Assembly (NCBI GenBank): GCA_049323595.1
Contig: JBMOOD010000001.1
Location: 104,530-168,529, forward strand
Length of the DNA: 64,000 nucleotides
Direction: 5' to 3'
Source: Pseudomonadota bacterium
GTDB taxonomy: Bacteria; Pseudomonadota; Alphaproteobacteria; Caulobacterales; Caulobacteraceae
This document shows positions 1 to 10,741 of the stretch, one piece after another. Position 1 is the first letter of the stretch. Every line of letters starts with the position of its first letter. The notes below the pieces were generated by a model that saw only the letters and a list, made by a program, of their open reading frames with translations, was not told the DNA's origin and ran no database searches. The translations under genes were made by a program, and so were the position numbers.

Positions 1-621
1 GCTGGGGAGGCTGTTCGATCCGGCCGTGACGTTGATCCAGACGTCGCCCGCCGTGGAACTGGCCGACGGATTGCCGGGGAAGTTCGCGAAGGCGGACGCG
101 CCGTTCTCGCCGTCGGTGTAGTTGGCGAAGAGGATGGAGGCGTTGTCGGAATAGGCGCCCTCGCCCGAGCTTCCGATGCCGACCCGCACAAAGGTGATGT
201 TTGCGACGTCGGACCAGGCCGCCATCGCCTGCTCGGCCTGGTAGATCTGCTGGGCGTTGAAGCGCTGGAAGCCCGTCGTGTCGCTCGGCATGCTCGCCGG
301 CGCCGTCGATCGGAAGGCGTAGGTGACGGTATAGGCCTGGCCCGCCACGCCGCCCCAACCCGGGTAGGGCTCCATGGTCGAGGGGTTGAAGCCGGTCATC
401 TGCAGGCCGGCGCGATCGATGGAGAAGCTGGGCTTGCCCTCGACGGCGCCGCTCGCGCGCTGGTCGGCGTTCAGATAGGCCTGGCCGGAGACGACATCCC
501 CCTCGCTGACCGAAACCGCCCCGGTGCAGACAGGGCAGGCGCAGCCGGTCCCCCCGCCAACAAAGAACCGGGTCGAAAAGTCCGCGGCATCGGAAGGGAT
601 CGGGGCAAGATCAGCGGGCAT
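1..621 (-). CDS. Serralysin-like M10B metalloprotease, N-terminal part (runs off the left edge)
   Basis: Translated by hand from ATG at 621: MPADLAP...VTYAFRST...FQRFNAQQIYQAEQAMAAWSDVANITFVRV...ILFANY...AFANFPG...GDVWIN, typical serralysin catalytic-domain motifs. Absent from the ORF track because no stop falls in the window. Confidence 0.85.
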   Translation of the reverse strand, partial: MPADLAPIPSDAADFSTRFFVGGGTGCACPVCTGAVSVSEGDVVSGQAYLNADQRASGAVEGKPSFSIDRAGLQMTGFNPSTMEPYPGWGGVAGQAYTVTYAFRSTAPASMPSDTTGFQRFNAQQIYQAEQAMAAWSDVANITFVRVGIGSSGEGAYSDNASILFANYTDGENGASAFANFPGNPSASSTAGDVWINVTAGSNSLPS

Positions 622-784
622 CTTTTCAACTCTACTAAGCCCATCCCCTTCAATCTGCTAAGAGAATGAGTGAATCGGCGCAATGCGCGCGGGTGTCGCG
701 TGTTGTGCGCGCTCTGGATGTACGGTCGGTGAACAAGCCGGGCTGCAAGACGCCGGCATTGAATTCCGCAGACCGCCTCTGCGC

Positions 785-1504
785 TCAGGCCGTGAGCCGC
801 TTCAGCGCCAGCGCATCGAGCGGCGCGGCGCTCTTCACGTCGTTGTCGAAGTAGGCGTAGACGTCGAGCCCCTCGGATCGCCAGGCGGCGATCCGCCGCG
901 CCCATCCGCGCAGGACGTCTTCGCCGTAGCGTCCGTGGTATCGGCCGCCGGGCCCGTGGCCGCGGACATAGACCCAGTTCGCGGTTACCTCCCAGGGGGC
1001 GGGGGCGTGATGATGGTCGGAGATGCACAGCGCCGCGTCGTACGCGGTCAGGAGGGCGAAGACCGTCGGGTCGTACCAGGACGGGTGACGGAACTCGACC
1101 GTATGACGCCCGGCCGGAAGGAGCCTGAGGAACTCGGCCAGGCGATCATCGTTGCGCCGGAGCTGGGGCGGAAGCTGAATGAGTGAGGGCCCGAGTTTCC
1201 CGCCCAGCGGCGCCATCCGGCCCCAGACCAACGCTACCGGCTCCTGGCAGTCCTTCAGCTTCTTGTTGTGGGTAATGAAGCGGCTGACTTTCCAGGCGAA
1301 CAGGAAGTCCGGCGGCGTCCGCTCGGCCCAGCCGGCCACCGCCGCTTCGGTGGGTAGCCGATAGAAGCTGGCGTTGATCTCGGCGGTGTCGAACTGCGTC
1401 GCATACCACCGGAGGAGGTCGCGCTCCTTCACCTCGCGCGGATAGAAGGGGCCGCGCCAGTCCCTGTAGCTCCAGCCCGAGCAGCCGATGCGAAGCTCGC
1501 CCAT
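785..1504 (-). CDS. DUF72 (YecE-like) TIM-barrel protein
   Basis: RIGCSGWSY, EINASFYRLP, FAWKVSRFITH, EFRHPSW, YVRGHG, YFDND motifs; start placed at MGELRIG. Confidence 0.9.
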   Translation of the reverse strand: MGELRIGCSGWSYRDWRGPFYPREVKERDLLRWYATQFDTAEINASFYRLPTEAAVAGWAERTPPDFLFAWKVSRFITHNKKLKDCQEPVALVWGRMAPLGGKLGPSLIQLPPQLRRNDDRLAEFLRLLPAGRHTVEFRHPSWYDPTVFALLTAYDAALCISDHHHAPAPWEVTANWVYVRGHGPGGRYHGRYGEDVLRGWARRIAAWRSEGLDVYAYFDNDVKSAAPLDALALKRLTA

Positions 1505-1626
1505 GGCCTGGGAAGCGTCGGAACGGCCGCGTGTTCCCGCGAAGGGTGCGTCGCTCAACCGCCGCGGAGTCGCTTCGGACGAGAAGTTCTGCTTTTGTTC
1601 GATCGCAAGAGTAGCAGGAGCGTCCC

Positions 1627-1842
1627 TTGGTGAAGATGAGCTATCCGGGTCTGGCGGACCCTCGCGCCGCGTTCGAGGCGCTTCGGCCCTTCCGCGCCGC
1701 CATCATCGACATGCGCTGCCGGTGCCGGCCATTCCACACCGACTATCTGGTCCTGGATGCGCTGGACAAGGCGCTGACCACCGCTGCCTTTCACTTCACG
1801 CGCGATCCGGAGTTCTATGCCGGCAGGCCGCACAGCTCGTAG
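1627..1842 (+). CDS. Small hypothetical protein (71 aa)
   Basis: AGGAG at 1616-1620, 6 nt before TTG; fills the intergenic gap. Confidence 0.6.
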   Translation: MVKMSYPGLADPRAAFEALRPFRAAIIDMRCRCRPFHTDYLVLDALDKALTTAAFHFTRDPEFYAGRPHSS

Positions 1843-1856
1843 GTCCGCAAACGGAG

Positions 1857-2357
1857 CTAGCGGATCTCCACCGCGTCGCCAGGACGGGCGGCGGCCAGCA
1901 GCGCCTCCAGGTCTTTGCGCTCGATCGCCACGCAGCCGTGGGTCGGCGGATAGCCGGGCCTGCACAGGTGCAGAAAGATCGCCGAGCCCATGCCGGCCAC
2001 AGGCGGATCGTCGTTGTGCCCGAGGACCACGATGATGTCGTAGACGCCTTCTTCGCGCCAAAGGCGTTCGGCGCTGGCGGGATAGGGCAGCTTCACATGG
2101 CGGTTGTATTCGGGATCCTCGGGGTCGTCGCACCAGCCGTCGTCCTCGGCCAGGGCCCGGACGCGCAGTTCGGTGGCCGGCGGCGGCCCCCGGTCGGGCC
2201 GGTAGAAGACCTCTCGGATCGGCCACACGCCCGCAGGCGAGGCGCCGTCGCCCTCGCGCTTCCGGGCCGCGGGCACGACCCCCGCCGGGCCCAGGGCGCA
2301 ACGGACCCGGCGTTCTCCCAGATCCAGCCAACCGTCGGCGGTGGCGGTGAAGATCAC
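1857..2357 (-). CDS. L,D-transpeptidase (YkuD) family protein
   Basis: GSAIFLH...THGCVA catalytic His/Cys motif. Confidence 0.88.
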   Translation of the reverse strand: MIFTATADGWLDLGERRVRCALGPAGVVPAARKREGDGASPAGVWPIREVFYRPDRGPPPATELRVRALAEDDGWCDDPEDPEYNRHVKLPYPASAERLWREEGVYDIIVVLGHNDDPPVAGMGSAIFLHLCRPGYPPTHGCVAIERKDLEALLAAARPGDAVEIR

Positions 2358-2422
2358 GGGAACTCCGGGGCCATCTGGCGAATCTCTTTGCGACGCACGT
2401 CCGACATGGTGTTTGTTGCCGC

Positions 2423-3106
2423 ATGGCTCAACGCAAGACCCTCCTCATCGTCGACGACGACCAGGACCTCCGCGGGGCGATCGCCGAGCAGTTGCAGGCC
2501 GAGGGTTTCGAGACCGTTGAGGCGGCCATGGCGGGCGAAGGCCTGCGCGCCGCCCGCGAGCAGAAGCCCGACCTCATCCTGCTGGACGTCGACCTCCCGG
2601 ACATGGATGGCCGCGAGGCCTGCCGGCGGCTGCGTCAGGACGGCCTGCAGACGCCGGTGATCATGCTGACGGCCGCGGCCGGCGACGAGGACACGGTCCA
2701 GGGGCTGGACGCCGGCGCCAACGACTACGTCACCAAGCCCTACAAGTTCGCCGTGCTGCTCGCGCGCATCCGGGCGCAGCTGCGGGACTACGAGCATTCC
2801 GAAGGCGCGATCTTCCGCCTGGGCGCCTATGAGTTCCGCCCCGCCGCCAAGGTTCTGGTGGACGAGAAGGGCAAGAAGATCCGGCTGACGGAGAAGGAGA
2901 CCAACATCCTGAAGTACCTCTATCGCGCCGGCGACAAGGCCGTGTCGCGCGAGGAGCTTCTGGCCGAGGTCTGGGGCTACAACGCCGGGGTCACCACGCA
3001 CACGCTGGAGACGCATGTCTACCGCCTGCGCCAGAAGATCGAGCCTGACCCGGCGAACGCGCGCCTGCTGCTGACGGAACAGGGCGGCTACCGGCTGGCG
3101 CCTTAG
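2423..3106 (+). CDS. cenR: OmpR-family orphan response regulator, probably CenR
   Basis: Receiver domain (IVDDD, LLDVDLPDMDG, KP) plus winged helix (LTEKE, VWGYNAGVTTHTLETHVYRLRQKIE); divergent from an L,D-transpeptidase. The cenR name is recalled similarity. Confidence 0.75.
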   Translation: MAQRKTLLIVDDDQDLRGAIAEQLQAEGFETVEAAMAGEGLRAAREQKPDLILLDVDLPDMDGREACRRLRQDGLQTPVIMLTAAAGDEDTVQGLDAGANDYVTKPYKFAVLLARIRAQLRDYEHSEGAIFRLGAYEFRPAAKVLVDEKGKKIRLTEKETNILKYLYRAGDKAVSREELLAEVWGYNAGVTTHTLETHVYRLRQKIEPDPANARLLLTEQGGYRLAP

Positions 3107-3112
3107 CTGCCC

Positions 3113-3388
3113 CTACTCCTCTTCCTCGAACCTGCCGGCGACCAGGGCGGCGAGCGCGTCGAGCGCCTCCTGCGCCTGTTCGCCCTCGGCCCGGATCTCG
3201 ATGCAGCAGCCCGGGGAAGCGGCCAGCATCATCAGGCCCATGATGGAGCGGGCGTCCACGGTCTGCCCGTCCTTCGAGACGCTGACTTCGGCGTCGAAGG
3301 CGGCGGCGAGCTTGACGAACTTCGCCGAGGCGCGCGCGTGCAGCCCCCGCTTGTTGACGATCTCGACGGTGCGGCAGGCTTCGCTCAG
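3113..3388 (-). CDS. ptsH: Phosphocarrier protein HPr (apparent CTG start)
   Basis: Hand translation: (L)SEACRTVEIVNKRGLHARASAKFVKLA...VDARSIMGLMMLAA...FEEEE*; contains the GLHAR phospho-His and SIMGL Ser motifs; no ATG/GTG/TTG upstream of GLHAR in frame. Confidence 0.9.
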   Translation of the reverse strand: MSEACRTVEIVNKRGLHARASAKFVKLAAAFDAEVSVSKDGQTVDARSIMGLMMLAASPGCCIEIRAEGEQAQEALDALAALVAGRFEEEE

Positions 3389-3793
3389 CTACTTCTCTCC
3401 GGCCAGGACGTAGGAGGCCACGGAGATGTACTTTCGCCCAGCTTCCTGCGCCGCCGCAACCGCATCCTCCAGGCTGACGCGATTGCGCACGGAGGCCAGC
3501 TTGATGAGCATGGGCAGGTTCAGTCCGGCGATCACCTCGGCCTTGGTCTGCTCCATCACCGAGATGGCAAGGTTGGAGGGCGTGCCGCCGAACATGTCCG
3601 TGAGCAGGACGACGCCCCGTCCGCTCTCTACGCGTCCGCAGGCCGCCAGGATGTCCTGGCGGCGACGCTCCATGTCGTCGTCCGGACCGATGCAGATCGC
3701 CTCCACGGCAGCCTGCGGCCCGACCACGTGTTCCATGGCGTAGATGAACTCTTGCGCCAGCCGGCCGTGAGTGACGATCACGAGGCCGATCAT
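3389..3793 (-). CDS. manX: PTS EIIA component, mannose/fructose family
   Basis: MIGLVIVTHG, LLTDMFGGTPSN, GLNLPML. Confidence 0.9.
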   Translation of the reverse strand: MIGLVIVTHGRLAQEFIYAMEHVVGPQAAVEAICIGPDDDMERRRQDILAACGRVESGRGVVLLTDMFGGTPSNLAISVMEQTKAEVIAGLNLPMLIKLASVRNRVSLEDAVAAAQEAGRKYISVASYVLAGEK

Positions 3794-3854
3794 GCCTGAC
3801 AATCCAAGGGTATCCCCACCCGCGGCCGGCGCCCCGAAGAAGGCGCGAGCGGAG

Positions 3855-4289
3855 CTAAATACGCTTGTTGTGCGCCGCGTCAAAGACCTCCAGCGCGCGA
3901 CTCAGTTTCGCAGGGGCCGAGATTTCGAAGGGATCTGCCGCCAGGAGTGGAAGCGACACCCCAAGGATCGCCTCGGTTGCGGGCTCGGGCATTCGCTCGG
4001 ACTGTCCGAGCCGCAGCGCCAGGACGATCTCGCAGAATGGAAGCGCGCCGGCGTCCAGCACGCCCACCCCGCGCACCTCGATGAGGCCCTGTATCGTGTC
4101 GGGAGCCCGCCCGTAGAGCCGCCCGGCGGACGTCCAGACCAGCACCCGGTCGTCGGCCACGAGCCGGAAGCCGTGGTCCATCGCCCGCAGCGCCAGATCG
4201 CTCTTGCCGGCTCCCGACGGGCCTTCGATCAGCACGCCGCGCCATGTCCCTTGGCTGCGCCTCGCAATGAGGCCGGCGTGGCGGATCAC
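3855..4289 (-). CDS. hprK: HPr kinase/phosphorylase (short alphaproteobacterial type)
   Basis: GVLIEGPSGAGKS Walker A, LVADDRV, GLIEVRGVG; GTG start overlaps the chvG stop. Confidence 0.9.
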   Translation of the reverse strand: MIRHAGLIARRSQGTWRGVLIEGPSGAGKSDLALRAMDHGFRLVADDRVLVWTSAGRLYGRAPDTIQGLIEVRGVGVLDAGALPFCEIVLALRLGQSERMPEPATEAILGVSLPLLAADPFEISAPAKLSRALEVFDAAHNKRI

Positions 4290-5887
4290 CGCGCCGCCGC
4301 CGGCAGCGAGAGGATGAACATGGCGCCCAGCACCTCGCCCTCGGCGCCCGTGCGGTTCTCGGCCCGCAGCGTGCCGCCGTGGGCCACGGCGATCTGCCGG
4401 GCGATCGAAAGGCCGAGCCCGGAATTGCCGCCGAACGCCGCGCCCTTGGGCCGCGAGGTATAGAAGCGCGCGAAGATGGTCTCGAGGTTCTCCGGCGGAA
4501 CGCCCGGCCCGTTGTCTGAGACCGTGACGATGGCCTCGCCCTTGACCCGGACCAGGCCGACGGAAACCACGTCCCCCGGCGGACTGAACGAGCGGGCATT
4601 GTCGATCAGGTTGCGCAGGATCTGGCCCAGCGGGCCCTCGCGGCCCATGACGTAGACGGCGTCCGCGCCCTGGTGCGGCGTGAATTCGACGGCGACCTCG
4701 CCCCGCTTCGCCGTGGCGCGATAGGTGGCCGCCACGTCGGCGATCAGGCGGCCGAGGTCGACCAGCTTCGGCTGGTCGCGGGAGAGTTCGGCGTCCAGGC
4801 GCGAGGCGTTGGAGATGTCGGTGACGAGGCGATCCAGCCGCTGGACATCGTTCTTGAGGATCCCCAGCAGGCGGTCGCGAGCCTGCGGCTCCTTCACCAG
4901 CTCCAGGGTCTCGACGGCTGAGCGCAGCGAGGTGAGGGGGTTGCGGATCTCGTGGGCCACGTCGGCGGCGAAGGCCTCGATCGCGTCCATCCGCTCGGAC
5001 AGCGAGTGGGTCATCGCCTCCAGGCTGCGGGTCAGGTCGCCCACCTCGTCGTCGCGCTTGGCCAGGTCGGGCAGGGAGATCGCCCTGGCGCGAGCCTGGC
5101 GCACGCGGTCGGCCGCGCGGGCGAGCCGCAGGACGGGCTGGGCGACCAGGCTGTTGAGCAGAAGGGACGAGGCCAGAGTCACCGAGATCGCGATCAGGAT
5201 GAAGGGCGCCAGGCTCGCGCGCTCCCGGGCGATGATCGCGTCCACGTCGCTGGCCTCCAGGGTCACGACCCCCAGAACCGCGCGCACGTGCCGTATGGGG
5301 ATGGACACCGACACCACGCGCTCGCCGCCATCGGACAGCCGCATGCCGGCCCATCGGCGGCCCTGGAGCGCCGTGGCCACCTCGCGGGAGAGTTCGGCCT
5401 GCACCTCCCCTGTGGTGGGCTTTGCGGCGCGGGGGATGAGGCTGAACCCACGATCCTCGCCGTCGCGCGCCCGGGCCGGCGGCAGCTCGCGGCGCTCGAC
5501 CTCGTCGGCGATCCAGTCGGAGTCGGCCACGAGGCGTCCCTCGCTGTCGAACAGCCGGGCCCGCTGGGCCCGCGGGTTCGACAGCGTCTGCAGGAGCTCG
5601 GTCGCCAGCGCCGCATCCATCTGGGGCTCGGGCTCGCCCACCGTGGCGGCCTGGTTCAGGATGCTGGCGATCAGCTCGCCCTGGGTCGACAGGCTGTCGA
5701 TGCGGGCATTCACCAGGCCCCGGCGCAGCTCGTTCAGAACCAGCGCCCCGGAGACCAGGATCGCCAGGCCCAACAGGTTCAGCGCCAGGATCAGGCGTCC
5801 GAGGCGCGATCCTGGGAGGCCGCGGTAGCGCCGACGGGCGGCGCGGTCGCCGCGCTCAGGATTCCCGGTATCGGTAGCCGACGCCAT
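4286..5887 (-). CDS. chvG: Sensor histidine kinase ChvG
   Basis: TM-sensor-HAMP-HisKA ([11 protein letters not shown])-HATPase (DNGPG, GLGLSI); chvI-chvG-hprK synteny. Confidence 0.92.
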   Translation of the reverse strand: MASATDTGNPERGDRAARRRYRGLPGSRLGRLILALNLLGLAILVSGALVLNELRRGLVNARIDSLSTQGELIASILNQAATVGEPEPQMDAALATELLQTLSNPRAQRARLFDSEGRLVADSDWIADEVERRELPPARARDGEDRGFSLIPRAAKPTTGEVQAELSREVATALQGRRWAGMRLSDGGERVVSVSIPIRHVRAVLGVVTLEASDVDAIIARERASLAPFILIAISVTLASSLLLNSLVAQPVLRLARAADRVRQARARAISLPDLAKRDDEVGDLTRSLEAMTHSLSERMDAIEAFAADVAHEIRNPLTSLRSAVETLELVKEPQARDRLLGILKNDVQRLDRLVTDISNASRLDAELSRDQPKLVDLGRLIADVAATYRATAKRGEVAVEFTPHQGADAVYVMGREGPLGQILRNLIDNARSFSPPGDVVSVGLVRVKGEAIVTVSDNGPGVPPENLETIFARFYTSRPKGAAFGGNSGLGLSIARQIAVAHGGTLRAENRTGAEGEVLGAMFILSLPAAAR

Positions 5888-6572
5888 AAAGGGTTTCGAT
5901 CGCGTCGAACTCAGGATCCACCTCGCGGAACTTCTTCCGCATGCGCTTGATGTGGCTGTCGATGGTGCGGTCATCGACATAGACCTGATCGTCGTAGGCC
6001 GCGTCCATGAGGTTGTCGCGGCTCTTCACGAATCCCGGACGCTGGGCCAGCGACTGCAGGAGCAGGAACTCGGTCACCGTCAGCTTCACGGGCTTGCCGT
6101 CCCAGAGGCTCTCGTGGCGCGCGGGATCGAGCGTGAGCTTGCCGCGCTTTAGCGCCCGTCCGGCCGCCTCGCCCGCGGCGGCGGGACCGGCCGCATCGTC
6201 GGCCTCGCCGCGGCCCGCCCGGCGCAGCACCGCCTTCACCCGCTCGATCAGCAGGCGCTGACTGAAGGGTTTGTGGATGTAGTCGTCGGCCCCGAGGTTG
6301 AAGCCCAGGATCTCGTCGATCTCCTCGTCTTTCGAGGTCAGGATGATCACGGGGATGTCCGAGGTGCGGCGCAGCCGGCGCAACACCTCCATGCCGTCCA
6401 TGCGCGGCATCTTCACGTCGAGGATCGCCACGTCCGGCGGGTCGTTCTCCAGCGCGGCGAGGCCCGCGGCCCCGTCGTAGTAGGCCTTGACCGTGTGGCC
6501 GTGACTCTCGAGCGCCAGGCTGACCGAGGTGACGATGTTCTCGTCGTCGTCGACGAGGGTGATCTTCGCCAT
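5856..6572 (-). CDS. chvI: Response regulator ChvI
   Basis: [10 protein letters not shown]...[10 protein letters not shown]...[15 protein letters not shown]...ETLYGVGY. Confidence 0.95.
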   Translation of the reverse strand: MAKITLVDDDENIVTSVSLALESHGHTVKAYYDGAAGLAALENDPPDVAILDVKMPRMDGMEVLRRLRRTSDIPVIILTSKDEEIDEILGFNLGADDYIHKPFSQRLLIERVKAVLRRAGRGEADDAAGPAAAGEAAGRALKRGKLTLDPARHESLWDGKPVKLTVTEFLLLQSLAQRPGFVKSRDNLMDAAYDDQVYVDDRTIDSHIKRMRKKFREVDPEFDAIETLYGVGYRYRES

Positions 6573-6692
6573 ATGAGGATGGAGTCTCCTTAACCGGTTT
6601 GCGCGAAGGTATTGAGCCTTCACCGTGGCCTCAATGGGGCCGCGGCGCGAGACGAAACAAAGTCAACGTGGCTTTAAGCTTGTTGGGAGAAC

Positions 6693-8432
6693 ATGGTTTC
6701 CCTCCGGGGGACCAATTTCATGAACGGCTCCAAGATCCACTTCGAGGTCTTCGTCAGGAGGACTCCGGGCGCGCCCTGGACGCTGGACCTCGCCACCGAG
6801 AACCGGAATCACGCCGTCGAGTCGGCCGAAGAGCGGATGAAGTCGGGCCGGGTGGCCGGCGTGAAGGTCACCAAGGAAGTCTTCGACGAGGAGACCCGCG
6901 AGTTCGACTCGGTCGTGATCCACAAGCTGGGCCAGACCGAACCGCCGAAGAAGGCCAGGCCGCAGCACGAGCCGCAGCCCCTCTGCGTGGCCCCCCAGGA
7001 CCTCTACACGCTGCACGCGCGCGAGCGGATCGGCCGCCTGCTCGAAGGCTGGCTGGAGCGGAACAGCGCCACGCCGTTCGAACTCCTGCACCGGCCGGAC
7101 CTGGTGGAAAAGCTGGAAGCGTCCGGCGTCGACCTGCAGCACGCGATCCAGAAGATCGCCGTCCCCGAGGCTCATGCCCGCTCGATGTCGGTGCACGAGC
7201 TGATGCGGATCTTCCAGACCCTCATCGAGCGCGCGGTCGAGCGGCTCCTAAAGGACTCTCGGAAGGGCGTGCTGCCCGATCTCGACAAGGAGGGGTTCAA
7301 GGCCGCCGCCGAACGCCTCGTCCAGGCGCCCGAGCGCGGCTATCTCCTCGGGGCGGGCGTCGCCGCCTCGATCGCGCCGGCGAAGTCCTGGTCCGACAAG
7401 GTCGAGCGCCTGATCGACCTGGCCGACGTCGCGCCGGCGAACGGCCCGGCGCGCGGCCTGGCGCTGTCCACGATCCAGCAGCCGCTGGCCGAGATCCTCG
7501 AAGCCAAGCCGGGCATCTCCGACCTGCTGGGCAGGGGGCGCGACCTGGGCGACAGCCTGGCGGCCATGACGCGCCTGGCGGCCTATGACTCCGTCGAGAT
7601 CCTGATCAGGGTGGAGCGCTCGGTCGGCGAGGTGATGCCGCAGCTCTCGCCGATCGCCGTGCGCCTGGCCCAGTGGCTGTCCGGCGAGGCCTTCAAGGAC
7701 GTGCGGTCCGCCCTGGCGCGGCGCATCCTGCGCGAACTCCAGGGCCCGCGGCGGCTCTGCCCGGGCGACGCCGCGCGCGAGATCGACGTGCTGCGCGCGC
7801 TCGCCATGTCGCTCACCGCGGCGGCCGGCAACCTTATGCCCCTCGAAGAGGTGCAGTCCGCCTTCGTGGTGCGTTCGAAGATGCTGGTCACCGGCGACTT
7901 CGTGGAGGCCTACCTCGGCCAGGGCATGTCGGCGCTCGAAGAGGTGGAGTCCCTCGTCTGGCTGACCGAAAACGTCATCGGCGCGGCCAACAAGCGGCAG
8001 GCGGGCGGGTGGCTCCGCGCCAACGTCAACTCTCTGCGCTTCGAGAAGGAGTTCACGAGCGGCGACGACAATCCCCTCAACCGCCTCCTGCAACTCGCCG
8101 CCCTGCATCGCTCGGTCGGCCGCTGCGGTCTGGCGCCCGAGGACTATGCTCCAATCCAGGAGAAGCTGGGCGACATCGGCGGCCTGATCGAAGGCCGCGG
8201 CAAGCTCACCCAGACCCTGGCCCGCGCCAACGCTCCCATCCTCCAGCGCCTGACGCTGCTGCTTCGGCTCGCCGCCGGCGAGGCGGCGCCCCTGGGACCC
8301 GCCGCGACGCGGGCGAAGCAGGAGGCGCTGAAGCTCTTCCGGCTGGACGAAACCCGCACCGAGCTTGCTTCCGCGCCGGACCAGATGCGCCAGGTCCGCG
8401 ACCTGATCCAGCAGGCGGGTCTGGCGGCCTAG
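6693..8432 (+). CDS. Large helical hypothetical protein (579 aa)
   Basis: Long ORF with host-like codon usage and GGGAG SD; no family recognised. Confidence 0.8.
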   Translation: MVSLRGTNFMNGSKIHFEVFVRRTPGAPWTLDLATENRNHAVESAEERMKSGRVAGVKVTKEVFDEETREFDSVVIHKLGQTEPPKKARPQHEPQPLCVAPQDLYTLHARERIGRLLEGWLERNSATPFELLHRPDLVEKLEASGVDLQHAIQKIAVPEAHARSMSVHELMRIFQTLIERAVERLLKDSRKGVLPDLDKEGFKAAAERLVQAPERGYLLGAGVAASIAPAKSWSDKVERLIDLADVAPANGPARGLALSTIQQPLAEILEAKPGISDLLGRGRDLGDSLAAMTRLAAYDSVEILIRVERSVGEVMPQLSPIAVRLAQWLSGEAFKDVRSALARRILRELQGPRRLCPGDAAREIDVLRALAMSLTAAAGNLMPLEEVQSAFVVRSKMLVTGDFVEAYLGQGMSALEEVESLVWLTENVIGAANKRQAGGWLRANVNSLRFEKEFTSGDDNPLNRLLQLAALHRSVGRCGLAPEDYAPIQEKLGDIGGLIEGRGKLTQTLARANAPILQRLTLLLRLAAGEAAPLGPAATRAKQEALKLFRLDETRTELASAPDQMRQVRDLIQQAGLAA

Positions 8433-9592
8433 AGGCCCAACGTTTCGCGCAGCGCGTCCACGACCCGCGCCACGTCGTCGTCGGCCATGCCCGGATAGAG
8501 CGGTAGCGAGAGACAGCGCGCATACCAGGCCTCCGCGCCCGGCAGGTCCAGATCGCCGTAGAGTCGCCGGTAGTAGGGCTGACGATGCACGGGGATGTAG
8601 TGCACCTGGCTGCCGACGCCCCGGGCCCTGAGGGCCTCCACCACCTCGAGCCGGGTCCGGCCGGCGGCCTCGAAGTCGATCAGGACGGTCATCAGGTGCA
8701 GCGCGGGGTCGCTCCACGCCGGGCGAGACGCGGGCCGCACGAGGGGCGCCAGGGGCCCCAGGGCCTCGAGATAGGCCGCCGCCAGCGCCCGCCGGCGCGC
8801 CACGAAGCGCGGCAGCTTAGCGAGCTGCGAAAGGCCCAGGGCGCAGAGGATGTCGGGCAGGCGGTAGTTGAAGCCGGGCTCCGGCATCTCGTACCACCAG
8901 GGCTCCGCCCCCGGCGGTCGCACCATGCCATGGGACCGCAGGATCCGCAGACGCTCGGCCAGGCCGGGATCGTTGGTCGCGACCATCCCGCCCTCGCCCG
9001 TGGCGATGGTCTTCACCGGGTGAAACGAGAAGGTCGCCATAGCCGAATGGCGCACATCGCCGATCGTTTCCGTCACATTGCCGAAGCTTGCCGTCGTTCC
9101 GAGGGCGTGCGGCGCGTCCTCGACGAGCACTGCGCCGGCGCTGCGGGCCAGCGCTTCCAGGCCCGGCAGGTCGCAGGCCTCGCCGCGCAGGTGCACGGGC
9201 AGGACGGCGCGCAGACGCCGGTCGCCCACCCGGTCAAGCGCCTGCGCCAGGGTCTGCGGCGTCATGAGCCCAGTCTCGGGATCCACGTCCGCGAAGACGA
9301 CGTCGGCGCCGACGTAGCGGGCGCAGTTGGCCGTCGCCAGGAAGGTGATGGAGGGGGCGATCACGGCGTCACCCGACCCGACCTCGAGGGCGAGCATGGC
9401 CAGGTGCAGGGCCGCCGTGCCGTTGGCGCAGGCCACGGCGTGCCGCGCGCCCACGGCCTCCGCGAACGCCCGCTCGAACGCCTCGACCGTCGGCCCCGTC
9501 GTCAGGAAATCGCCGCGCAGGGCCTCGGCCACCGCGGCGATGTCGTCGTCCTCGATGGTCTGGCGGCCGTAGGGGAGGACCGGTTCGACCAT
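8429..9592 (-). CDS. pseC: DegT/PseC aminotransferase (pseudaminic acid pathway; FlmB-like)
   Basis: LPYGRQTI, EDAPHALG, FSFHPVKTIATGEGGMV, GFNYRL. Confidence 0.9.
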   Translation of the reverse strand: MVEPVLPYGRQTIEDDDIAAVAEALRGDFLTTGPTVEAFERAFAEAVGARHAVACANGTAALHLAMLALEVGSGDAVIAPSITFLATANCARYVGADVVFADVDPETGLMTPQTLAQALDRVGDRRLRAVLPVHLRGEACDLPGLEALARSAGAVLVEDAPHALGTTASFGNVTETIGDVRHSAMATFSFHPVKTIATGEGGMVATNDPGLAERLRILRSHGMVRPPGAEPWWYEMPEPGFNYRLPDILCALGLSQLAKLPRFVARRRALAAAYLEALGPLAPLVRPASRPAWSDPALHLMTVLIDFEAAGRTRLEVVEALRARGVGSQVHYIPVHRQPYYRRLYGDLDLPGAEAWYARCLSLPLYPGMADDDVARVVDALRETLGL

Positions 9593-9593
9593 A

Positions 9594-10664
<1,071 letters not shown>

Positions 10665-10741
10665 CTATCCGAACAGTCGCCCCAAGGTGTCGCAGGCGCG
10701 CGTAAAGAGACCGCTAACCATGATCGAACAGGATCGAGGGG

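Noticed and set aside
10702-10719. CtrA site upstream of pseB (TTAG-N7-TTTA on the minus strand)
   Set aside because: Mismatches in both half-sites of TTAA-N7-TTAA; too weak to call.
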